Shown: in pieces, positions 26,201 through 38,150 of the stretch
Position numbering within the stretch: position 1 is the first letter of the stretch
Layout of the letters: each line of letters opens with the position of its first letter
Translations under genes and position numbers: made by a program
Assembly (NCBI RefSeq): GCF_018350175.1
Contig: NC_058368.1
Span: 155,436,001-155,500,000, forward strand
Length of the DNA: 64,000 bases
Reading direction: 5' to 3'
Source of the DNA: Felis catus
Taxonomy: Eukaryota
The notes under the pieces: generated by a model
Seen by the model: the letters and a program-made list of their open reading frames with translations, nothing else
Databases searched by the model: none
Told to the model about the DNA's origin: nothing

Positions 26201-27509
26201 TTTTCTTTTTTTTTTTTTTTTTTTTTTTTTTGAGCTTTGAAAAAAATGAACCTGCTTCTTGCTAAAGCAGTAGCACCAAGGGTACTTTTCAGAAACATTG
26301 TTAGGCAATTATTTTTTATTTACAGAGAGATAATTAGACTGGTATACTTAATTTAAACAAAACAGGGTATCAGGAAAACTTCTTAGATCTTATATTCTTT
26401 AAAAAAACTGATTTAAAGTTAGCAAATGCCACATCCTATTTGTTCAAGATACTATATTAATATCATTTTGGCTGATCCCAAATTATAACTCTAACAATTT
26501 TTCAAAAGGCAAAGAACAGCAATGGAAACCTAAATGTATTTTCTTTTTCTCTTAAAGTCTTCATGTAATAATATTAATAAAATCACAAATATATTATATT
26601 AAGAAAATATAATCTGTTAAATTCTTGGCAAAAGACCATATCAATAATTATCCCCTGAAGAGCAATGACTTTGCTTTTATCTATCTCACATGCAGTAAGC
26701 ATGACAAGAATTCAATAAATAGGTGTTAACTGTCTATATCTCAAGAACAATAAGCACAACAGCAGCATAATTCTCTTAAGAATCAAATAGTGAGAAAATC
26801 CTAAAGATCTGGGATTTCGAAACAGGCCATGAACAAAATTTTACAACATGCAAATCTAACGTTAGTAGAAGAAAACTCTACCCTTTACCCACAGAAAAAT
26901 TCTGAGATCACATCTGAAAATTGTGTGTTGGCTGTGTCAATAGAAAATACACAGCCAATGCTAGTTTTGAAATAATCTCAACTTGGTCTAAAGTACAGTC
27001 ATTAAGAACTGAGTACAAAAAGCGCAGATATTTAAGCACCTATAATCCTGATAGTATATATGACAAAAAATATACATAATATATAATCATATAAATATAT
27101 ACATGCGTACATAAAAATACATACACATTTTTTTCCAAATTCAGAGGTTTCTGTAAACAATACATCACCTTTCTTCAAAGAGCTATATAACTAAAATAGT
27201 AAAATAATATAAATGGACTATACATTGTTGTGTCTCACCATGGTTTCTCTAGTGTTAGCACTGCTGGTTTGGTGATTAAGATTCCATATTCTCACCACTA
27301 CTGTCCAGATTCATATTATGGTCAAGGAGAAACAAGTTAGCAAGGGGCTAGTTTCCTCTACTCACATTTTTTCTGCTGAGTTTCACCTACCTGATAGAGC
27401 AACAATGGAGAAATTTAATGAGTGGAGAAAAGTCTTTATATTACCCATTACAGACGTTCACCAGAACTTTCAACTAGACAAATGCCTTGCAAATATTTAC
27501 AGACAGACA

Positions 27510-27529
27510 TACACACACAGACACACACA

Positions 27530-27572
<43 letters not shown>
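27510..27572 (+). repeat. (CA)n microsatellite
   Basis: Direct reading. Confidence 0.97.
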
Positions 27573-27574
<2 letters not shown>

Positions 27575-29556
27575 CTTTCTCTCCAGACAGAAATGTTACA
27601 GATATGAAAGAAATAATATTTAGTATGAGCAAATAAAGCAATATGCTTCATAAAAAGCAATATGCATTTATAAATGCTAAATAAAAGGAGTACTGAATGT
27701 TGATATCTGATTGCATTGGATCTCTCCTCCCCAAACTAATATGCTAGGGAAAATTTCCTACTAGCAGCTGCTGAACACATAAGATAATTGATCTAAAATA
27801 GAGAAAAATGTGTTACCTGCCTTGCTTGTTAAAACACAACTACCTTGAGAATATTTATAGCACTGACAAAGCTACGATTAGTAGCTTCATCTTCCCTAAA
27901 AAGAATGATTGCTACGATTACAAGTTTCCTAGTATGTATTTATAGAACCAAATAATTTATTAAACCAAGTTTTTGGTCTTAAAGCAACAGATTTGGGAAC
28001 AGATAGTCTTATAATAGGATACATTAACTCCATCTCTAGTTATATTGAAATTTTTTCATAGGAAAGGCACGGCACTGTGAATATTATGACTCAAGCTTAC
28101 TCATCTCAACTAAGAATGAATTAAATTCGATAGAGTAAAAACCTGAAAGAACGTACATGCATGGAATTCTAGGTTGCCATTTTTAGAATAGGGTTTTTCT
28201 CCAAAGAGATTTTAAAAATGTGTTTCAAAATTATTCTATTTGGGCTACTCTCACTTTAGTGCTCTGATAAGTTGGTTGCTAAATAGAAACAAGAAACAAA
28301 CTCATTTTCAAATAGAAAGTCATTTGTGATTTGACCACAACATAAGCTACAAAAAAAAAAAAAAAGAAAGAAAGAAAGAAGCAATTTGTCAAAGTCCTGA
28401 CTGCCAAAATATATTGAAAAATAGATATATGTACACGTAAAGAGACACTTATATTTGTGCCCATTCCTATTTTCCTGGTCCAGTTACCATGAAGAGATCA
28501 GAAAACTGACCACACAGTAAGACAACTATCGAAAGCTTCATTGTACCCAAACTACCATTTTTTCCAGGAAAGTCCAGAAAATAAAGAAGAAAACCGCAGC
28601 CTCTACAGGAGGCTACACATTCAGTCTTCTCCTTCTATAGGTAGCTTACAGGCTGATAATGGCTTCAATGTTTTCCCCTACAGGAAAAATACTCTTAGAG
28701 AAAAACCTTTTCTGCATACACAGTCACAAAATTATAAAAGCCTACAGACAGTCTTTAACCACAGGATACTACAGTGGTCAGTTAGCCAGTACCCAAAGCA
28801 GACAATGTGAACTGAAGAGAAGAGTGCTTGGCATGGAAGTCAGGAGAACTAAGTTTCATTCCTGGCTCTGGATTTACTATATGGTCTTCAGTAAGTTACT
28901 TAAATTTCTCTGGGCCTTTTCCTTTTGTTTTATTTTAATTCATATGGAAAATAAGAGGTAATCAAAAAACTTTAATTATGCCTAGGAGGACATCAAAGAA
29001 CATGTGGATCTGTCCACAACTTCACAGATGAAACATGATCACTCACAGGTGATTAGACGAAAAAGGTTCCAACAGCTTTCACAGCTTCAACATCTTAAAA
29101 TTAATTCATTTAAAAGGACAAGTCACTTACAACAAATCTTTAGACATGTCAAGAAAAATACTTAAGAGGCAAAAAAGATAATGATCAAATTTAGGATGAT
29201 GATTATCTCTTCAAGAAGCCATCAGGGAGTAAGATCAGGAAGAGCTTCAATTGTACAGGTAACACTTTACTTCTCAAACAGTTTGGAGCACATGTCTGTT
29301 TTTCTTGATATGCCACATTTTGCCTGAAATACTTTCTAACCATTTTTTTTTAAGTAACCACCAAAACATCTTTAACCAAAAGCTGAATGAAATAAATGAA
29401 AACACTTCCCTGGAATATTAAAGGTCAATGGAAATAGTGTGTCAGTTTCAAACATTCTCCTCATGAGCTTAAAAGGCAAGTATCACTATGATCCCCTAAT
29501 ATGTGGGGGAAAAGAGTGCTGGGCTGTAAAAAAAAAAAAAAAAAAAAAAAAAGGAG

Positions 29557-29790
29557 GGGGCGTTGCCTGGGTGTCTCAGATGATTAAGGGGCCACCTGAC
29601 TCTTGATTTTAGCTCAGGTCATGATCTCATAATTCGTGGTATCAAGCGCCACTTCAGGCTCTGGGCAGATAGCTAGGACGCTGCTACGGATTCTCTCTCC
29701 TCTCTTCTGCCCTCCCCCGCTCACATGTGTGTGCACTGTGTGCAGCGTGCACGCACTCTCTCTCAAAATAAATAAACATTTTAAAATATA
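29557..29790 (+). mobile_element. Can-SINE (last recognisable SINE in the window), preceded by a ~25-nt poly(A)
   Basis: Diverged head, aggtcatgatctc core and aataaataaac tail. Confidence 0.85.
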
Positions 29791-30569
29791 TTTCAAAAAT
29801 ATGTACATAAAACTATTTCCAATTTCCAGCTTAGTAAAATATTAAAAGAACACACACAGCACAAAACACAAAACGAACTGTATTATTAGCACCATGATTG
29901 AATCACTTAAGAATACTCAGATAGCTAATAACTTTTACTCTAAACATCTGCCTAAGAAAAATACATTCAAGAGTCACATCCGATAGCCTAGTGTTTAATC
30001 TTCAGGGTTGTTTTTACCGAGATTGCAATGATTCGCCTAAACTAATCAAAGGCCTGTCTAAACCTCTACATGGGACCTACCTGTAAAAACTAAATGCCTC
30101 TGCAATTTCTGAAATTTTCCAACAAGAAAGTACAGGTCATTCAGCAAAATATATTTACTGTATACTACCATAATAGCTATTTAATTGTTATCATTATGAT
30201 GCAGATATATAATGGAAACAGATGTTCCTTTTTCCTTTCAGCAAAGCACAGGAAAAGCATAAACTTGCTGATATTGCATGGACTACTATCATAGCACAAT
30301 AGAGGGGGAAAAAACATTAGCACATGACAATATTAGTTTTTACTACACAACTAATTGCATAAAAAGTATAACTTGAGATCATTAAATCAATGATCTACAG
30401 AAGGGAAACAAATAGATTTGTATAACCAGCCTATTTCACATCTGCAGTTGAGAAAATACTTCTGAGAGACTAAGTGTATGCAAAATGCTACCAGTGCTTT
30501 CAGAAGACAAGGAAAGAATGTTGTTCTATTTTCTTTGCTCATGTAACATAGATTACAATGCTGCCTCTA

Positions 30570-31050
30570 CAGAGAAATTTTTTTCAATAGTACCAGTATA
30601 AACTGGAAGAACTTTTCTGGAAAACAATTTGGCCATCAATATCAAGAACCTTAAAAAAAGTCTATACCCTCATCCAAGTGAATTCTTTTGTAATAATATA
30701 TTGTAAGGAAATAGCCAGAGGGATGAATAAGATTTATTTAAAAAGCCATTTATCATAACTTTATTTATAATTATGGAAAATTAAAAATCTAACTCTCCAA
30801 TAGAACAATGAATAATTATACATGCTAAAACATTAAACAGTCAACATAAATGACTTTAATAATTTTAATTACACAGGAAATTTTCTACTATTTAATGCCA
30901 ACTGAAAAAAGCAAGATACAAAGTGGTGTCTATCTATATATAAATAAAACATATAAATGCTTGGAGAAAGGCTTAGAGAAATATACAAAATGTCATTTTT
31001 AACTTTTGCAAGTTATTATGAGCAAATACTAACTAGCTTTTTAATCACAA
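30570..31050 (+). mobile_element. Ancient L1 (L1ME-like) 3' fragment
   Basis: gtataaactgg...tttctggaaaacaatttggc...atcaagaaccttaaaa motif. Confidence 0.55.
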
Positions 31051-34000
31051 AAAGTTATATTTTCTTTAAATAATTAATTCTATATCTATGCTCTAATACT
31101 CTGTGTCCTTGTCCAAAGTTTCTAAAAATTCTTTGCACCAAATAGCCCTATAAGTATTTATAAGTAAATTTACCTAAATTTATGTTGACAAGTTACTTGA
31201 TCCTAAAATTTGACATATAAAGAAAAGTGTTTGTCAATCACATAGACAACACATTTTTTTCCTGAGTTAAATAGGATGCTTACAAATTAGAGAAAATTTT
31301 TATGGGACAAATATTATAAATGCTTACTTACAAACTACCAATATGATGTGTTTTAAGTCACCAAGTCAAAGACATTTTTCAAATAAAACTATTTCTAAGC
31401 CAGATAAAGTAGCCTATTAATTGTTCTCTCCAATATGCCAATAAAAAGTTTGCCATAGCTTTCATTAGGATTCCTGGTTTCATGATTCTATTTTTACAAA
31501 AAGGAGCTGATTTGTCTTAGGCTATTACTGTCTATTACTTCTAGAAGTCTTGAGGAAAGGTGGGAAGCAGCAAATTCTGGCAATCTGCCTAAAGAGAAAT
31601 CAATGAAACAAATTAATCCTTCGCAGGCTGCAATGACACAGTAATCCATCATTCAGAGCTGCTTTTATATACCAAATCAGAGAGCAGAGGAAAGAGCCCT
31701 GGGGGACATCACAGACAACAACTTACACCAACACTGGGAAAATACTGAGGAATCAGTTTATTTAAAGAGGATAGATTTCAGTTGATTGCCTATTTCGTCA
31801 AATAAAGATTTTTTCTTTCACAGTGTAGTGAACCCAAGGCCCAATGACTTTATCTTCAGAATTCACTACCAAATACGCTGGCTGACATCAATAGGGGATG
31901 AATGTTTTTAAATAATTAGCATCATTAATCAGTATAAACAAATATCTGGCTAAAGTAATATTACTTTTTCCATTAAAACTCCAGGTGTTAAACACATTCC
32001 TTGTTTTCAGTACAGACTAATTCTAAATTCACCTACTAATCTCCAACTTAACTGACCAATTTCTGGTAAACCACATTGAAGTATTTCTTTCACACATAAA
32101 ATGTAGCCATTTACAATATGGGTAATTTTCTAAGTACTGTGTCCAGTTTAAAGACTTGAAAATTTTAATTTCATCTCTTGCCATTTAAGATTCAACAGCA
32201 AATCAGATTATAAATAACTTCTTTCACAATAATAAATAGTTCTTTAGCTTTTAATATCATTGGCAATGCTGAAAGATAAAATTAAACATGGTTTCTTTTT
32301 TAAAAATAAACATATCAATGTATGGCAGTACGTTCACATTGAGTATATTTATTTACACATATACAAGAACATATGCATCTAAATTTATTCATGCTTATGT
32401 AGAAACTTATGCACCTGGGTACATCTTACTCTAGTAAGATGTACTGAGTGGGATTATATTTCCTAGATGAAAACTAATGACAAGAACAATACAGTCACAG
32501 CAATATTACTATTCCTAAATACAAATGCATCATTTTTGTGGCTAAACGTGAGAAGTGAAAGAAAAGAATTTCCAAGAAATAAACAAAAACAACAAAAACC
32601 TGTCACGATGGTCTCTGAAATGTTAAAACCCAGAGCATCTAATCATAGATGCAAAATAGAAAAAGGTTAAATAAATGCTAACTAGTCAATTTTTGAGTGG
32701 CATCTTCGATTCTGTGGTCCATGGCCATATGATTGCAATTCCTGGCCATGCTGATACATTTTTAATTCAATACATGGATCTAGTATTTATTGATTTAATA
32801 AGGTTAGGGTATTACATTGTGGCTGCTACTGATGAACTGTCAGCAGTTCTATCTAGTAAAATCTTACAGAGGAGTATCTATTTTAGGGGAGAGAGAGAGA
32901 ACAGCTACGTAAATGTAACCCCTTCACTACCTGACAGTGGCAAGAGTAAGGTCCCTTCTTTCCTAGACTGCTTCGAGCTCCACACATCTTCTACGACTGA
33001 AGATGTTGGCTGCCAACTGACCGAGGTGACCGTGAAGAGGCTGCAGCAAAGCCTTCCAGGTACACCTTCAAAATGAGGGAAAGCAGTGATTTACATCCCC
33101 ATCTCCACCCTCTGGCCTCTCCTCATAGGTTGTGAAGCACATACACACGCAAGGACATTACACATGCGCGGACACACCCAAAGACCTGAGCCCTTACCTT
33201 GTCACCTAACAGAGTTTAAAGGAGCCTTCAGTGACTTCTCTCTCTGGACCCTAACATCGTCCACTGCTTCGTTAGCATGCAGGCAGATATAAAAGAAGGG
33301 AGAAAATTCACTTTCTCGAAAACAGTTCTGCCAAAACGCAACCCAAGGAGAGAGGCTTTAAAGGCTCTGTGAAATAAGGAGGTACCACAGGATCCAGCAT
33401 CAGAAAAGGGGAGAGAAATCCACCAAAGTTGCTGAAACACTTGGGGACTATTAAGAAAGCTTTTTGCACTGCTGTGCTACCCTGCTTGTGGGCTTATTTT
33501 CCCAACCTAGACACCTGGGAAGCATGTTGTGCTCCAGCTTTTCTCTGACTTTGAAGAAATGGATAATCTAAGGAGTGGTGCTGCTGCTGGGGTCAGTAAA
33601 ACTATGCTAATTGGTGAACCTAATTGCTTCAAGCAGTCCTGCCTCTAAACAGGGAGAGCACAGTTGATGGAGTCAGTCTGTTCCTAATAAAATGAAGAAG
33701 CACTGAATTAAATTCCCAAGGAAGGCACTATAAAAGTTTCCACAGTGTAACCAAATGACTTCACCTATGCTATTACCCCTAAGATGACATCTTTGAAAGA
33801 AAGCAGAGCCCAGTCAGGCTCCATATTCATAAATTGGCTGAGCTTAGGCCAGTGAATCTGGATTGATTTAAAAAGGCTTTTTCATCCTTCCAATCAAATG
33901 AAGTCACTGTTAATTAGATACTTTCTGTTAACAATGTCACTCTTCTCCACGTTACCTGCTCACACTTGCAGCGCCTCTAGTGCAACATCTGGAGCACCAG

Positions 34001-34319
34001 TTTCCCTGCAATCAGTCCTCACAAGTTTGGCTGGAGGGTGGTGGTATTTCCGTTTCTCAATCCCTGTCTGGAGGAAGATACTATTCAGTGCACCGGTGGC
34101 GAGATACATACCAGCTCGCTAATTTGCAAGATTATACAACACTCTCTGAGAAAACTCTGCAGATACGGTCCCCCAAAACATTTTTTGATGAACTGCACGG
34201 CGGTTTCTCTGTGCTGTTCCCGCCTTGCAGAGGTTTTCAAAAACCCCAAAGGCCACAAAGTTAACTCCCACTGACTTTGCGGCTTCTCCAGGCCAAAACT
34301 AGAAAATCGGGTTTGAGGT

Positions 34320-36182
34320 TTCCTGGCCGCGCCCCAGGCCTTGCTGCCTACCCCTCTCGGCCCAAAACCTGAAGGGGACTAGGTGCTCAAGGCAGGGCCC
34401 AGCGTTAGTCAGCCCCGCAGCACCGCAAAGGCTCAGAGCGCTCTCGCCAGGGAGGGGAAGACTGCAAAGGCGGTCTCTTTCGACGGTGAGTCTCTGAACT
34501 TGACCAAGTTGCAGAGAAGTCGGCTCTCACCCGCTCCGGGCCCATTCCCAGGAAGCTTGTTGCGCCGACCCCGGGACACAAACCGCCAGCGCTGACCGAC
34601 AGCGTGGGCCTGGGGTTCTCGCAGCGTGCGCCACTCGCCGGTCGAGCCCGTCTTCCTTAAACCTTAAGCCCGCACAGGCCCAGCTCGCGGGCTGGGGACC
34701 CCCAGCGCCCGCGAGAGCGCGACCCTTGCCCTCCGACGAGGCCCCGGCGCGCGGATCCCTCGGCCAGGGCCCCTCACCGCGCGCAGCGACACTCTTGCGT
34801 CGAGCGCCCGGAAGCCAACTCCGCGAGCGAGGCTTCGTGCCCGGATGTGGGCCTAGCTTCCGGGAACTGCTCCCGCCCTGGCGGTGCCCAGGACTGAGTT
34901 CCCGGGCTTCGAGGGAAGGTGTGGGGGCCGGCCTGGAGCCCCGACACCGGAGCCTGGTTCGCAGAGTGCAGAATCGTTCGCAAGGGAGCGCCCTTGTGGG
35001 GTGAGAAATGTAAGGAGACACACGGGAGTAAAGGCCCTCGACTGAGCCGGGGATGACGAGGAATCGCGCCAGGTGCCTCCCGGCCGCCCTCAGGGCCCAC
35101 ACCGCTCAGCCCAACGCTGATCCGAGGGCTTAGGCGGACAAGAGGCCGCCACAGGCAGCTCAGGACCCTGGCAGCCCAAAGGCGGCTCGTCGTTAGGAAA
35201 GACTCAGGGACCTGCCGCCAGGTCACGGACCTCATCTGGGCAGGGAGCTCCTGAGCGAGAGTCGCTGACCAGGGCGTGCACCTGCACCTGGGACCCTGCC
35301 CCTGACTCTGCGGCGCCCAAGAACCTTGAAGACCGCGGCCATGGAGTTCTCCCCTGCCAGGGAAGGCGGAGGGGCGAGGGGGGTGGGGGCGGTGGACGGC
35401 AAGGCAGCAGTGAGACTTGAATTCCTAGACATCAGTGAGGGCAGAAACAGACTAGATGAGGTTAGACAGTGACGGTGGAAGGACAGAACCATACCGAGAC
35501 AGGCACACTCTGGGAGTTGGAACTCTTAATTACATTTCTTCAAATCTTTGACCCCAAAGCTTCGCCCGTGACAACGTATGCCTTCTCCGCAAGAGGGTTT
35601 GGGGAAATTAAGTTTCCTGGGACTCTTTGATCCCTGGTATGTGGGCTCACAGAGGAAAGCAGACAATAGCAGCCGCCGAAGCACCTGCGATCTCTCAATA
35701 TAATAAAATCTGGACAGTAATTGGAGTTGTTTCTCCTTACGCTTCCAGAGGGAGCTCAAACCTGAAGCATCAAGGTTATCCCTCTCCAAAGAGTAAAACA
35801 GGATACTCGCAAAATCTGCTAGAGACACAACCGCTCGCACCTAAAGGGGGTTCCCCCTTGCAAACGGGAAAGGCGATCTGGATTTTTTGTTTTGGTTTTT
35901 TCATTTCAGCACTTGAGTGGCCCTACGTTGGGGGCTTGCTCAGTGCGGTACACTCCTTTGACGCTGACGACTACACTAGAACTGCGCAAAGAGAAATCAG
36001 GCGAGGGATAGGGAAGGTGCTGAGGAGAGAGTGTTGGGCAGAAGTCTGGGGAGATGGTGGGCCGGAGACACTCTGAGCCGGCGACGGGACCTAGCGCCGG
36101 TAAACCTCAGGACTCCCGGCCCTAGGGCTGTGGGCAAACCTGGCAAAAATACGGCCACGTGCTTTGGTTTTGCGTTTCAGGG

Positions 36183-36228
<46 letters not shown>

Positions 36229-36720
36229 CGGCACGTGTCTTTCTCTCCTGGTGCTGAGGTCCCAGAGGTTGTTGAGACAGCGTAACCCCGCGAGTTCCCG
36301 CCGAGCTCGGCCACTTGACCACTTCGCTCATGCTGGATGAAGGGTAGCTCTAGCGAGGGCAGAAAGAAACGCTAGCTGTGTGGGGATCCAGCCCCGTGCA
36401 GGGGAAGGGCTAATGTAGAGGCAGAGTCCGGGATGGGGCGGCATCCACCCTGGCTCGGGGCTCCTCCCCGCCGCCATTCAGTGCGGTCACTTGTCATCCT
36501 GAGCTCTCCCGGGTCCTCGTCAGGCCCCCGCTCTCCGCGACCACGCGACAACCCCCGACAGCCCGAGTTGCGCGCCCTGGTGGCCCCCAGGTGCCCCAGC
36601 CCTGACAGCCAGGGCTCACCCCTCACTGAAGCCTCTAGATACAAACGGCACAAGCGCTGCTTTTCCTGCCTCCAGATCCGCGTCGTATCCTCCCACCTAT
36701 CAATGACTCGCCGAGGTTTG
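34320..36720. promoter_or_regulatory. Upstream CpG island (bipartite), candidate alternative antisense promoter
   Basis: Dense CpG/GC content, GC boxes at ~35365-35392 and a minus-strand donor CGG|GTGAGA at 34531/34530. Confidence 0.75.
36184..36227 (+). repeat. (CA)n microsatellite
   Basis: Direct reading. Confidence 0.97.
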
Positions 36721-37599
36721 GGGTGGTGGTTGTTCTTTTAAAAGTATATTAAAGGATCATTGGCGTCTCCCCGTCAAGTCATTACGCCTTTATCCCCATC
36801 AATTAACCACACCTCAGAGGGCTGCTATTAAGAGCTAAATTGAGCTGCAAAAGTAGGTATCCCGTTTCAGGCAGATGTTGTCATCTCCCGCAGAGCTAAG
36901 CAGCCGGCGGGGCCAGACCCGCAGCTTCAGCAGCTGCCCGGGCAGCGCTGGACCAGGTTAAGGACTAGGAAGTGCGGGACCAGAAAGGCGGTCCCCGTCC
37001 TCCGTTGCGCTGGTGTGCCAGGATTCTGGTAGAGCGGGGAGGGCCCTAGCTCCCGGACTTCAAGCGTCGTGCATGTCAGAGGCAAGAGTCTCCAGAGTTG
37101 TGCCAGGGAAAACGCCAAAAACGAGCCGTGCGTTTTTGCGCAGAGAAGTAGAGTGGAGAATGTTCGCAAAGCCGGAGCTCCCCTCCAGAAGAGGGGCGTG
37201 GAAGAGAAGAGGGCAAAGTAATGAGTTTGGTTGGCAGCCTTACCCCAGCAAACCTCACCTCCTCTTCCCGCCACCTTTAGCCTCCTTTTTCCCTGGTAGC
37301 AGGCCCCCAGAACCTCAGACCCCCTGGTGGAAGAAGGCGCAGTGTTGTACAGGGATGCTAGCTATACATGGAACTAGGGAATCTGGGACAGAAAGGTGGC
37401 ATTTAGGACAAAGGGGTTCCCTAGGAACCGCCGCGGACTTCTATACGGGTGTGTCTTTTTACTCTTCCTCACCCCCAGTCACTCCCTAGGTCTTGGGGCA
37501 AGGCTGTCCCACGAAACTGAGAGGCCCCGGAGGCTAAGGGAAAGAGGGAATAGGGGACGTGGCCCTCGCTGCAGTTACAGGGCTTTCCTCCCGACAGTG

Positions 37600-38150
37600 A
37601 CCACAATAAATTTAGCCAAGACTAAAGGAGATTAATTTCCCAGCATAATCCAATTAAAAGATTTCTAAAGTAATCTTTTGCGAAAATGAAAAAAAAAAAG
37701 TGCGCAGCGAAAGAGGGGACTGGTTTTGATGACAGTGATTTATAACCTCCGCACAGCTGCGCTGGTCCCTCGCTCTCATGCACGCGATTTGACCAAAGCA
37801 TCCCGTCGGTGCCTCCAGTCGAAACCCTCGCCTTTCTGAAAGACAGCCATCCATCACGCCAACCTGGGCTAGGGTTGCTTACAAGCACCATAGACTTTTT
37901 TAAGTGCTATTAGATTTATGGTCTCTTTTTCGACGCCCATCCAGAGTAATTAGCACATATGTTCTAAATAGATGATAGTTTTGTGAGCAATAAAGCAATT
38001 ACCCATCGTTGGAGCTGACAGTTCCTCCAACTAAACTCCAACCAGCAGCTAATTGGAAAAGTCATTTCGGCTCCATTGTCTGCAATTAGTCCTGCTAAAC
38101 TACTACACCCCAACTAGCTGGTTTGAGGTTAATTTATTCAGTGTTGTATT
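37600..38150. promoter_or_regulatory. Candidate developmental enhancer (homeodomain/TALE motif cluster)
   Basis: TGACAG+TGATTTATAA at 37730-37745, AGATTTATGG at 37912-37921, TGACAG at 38016-38021 and multiple TAAT cores. Confidence 0.55.

Noticed and set aside
32675..33076. 133-aa ATG ORF in unique sequence
   Set aside because: No recognisable homology or supporting gene structure; the length is compatible with chance.
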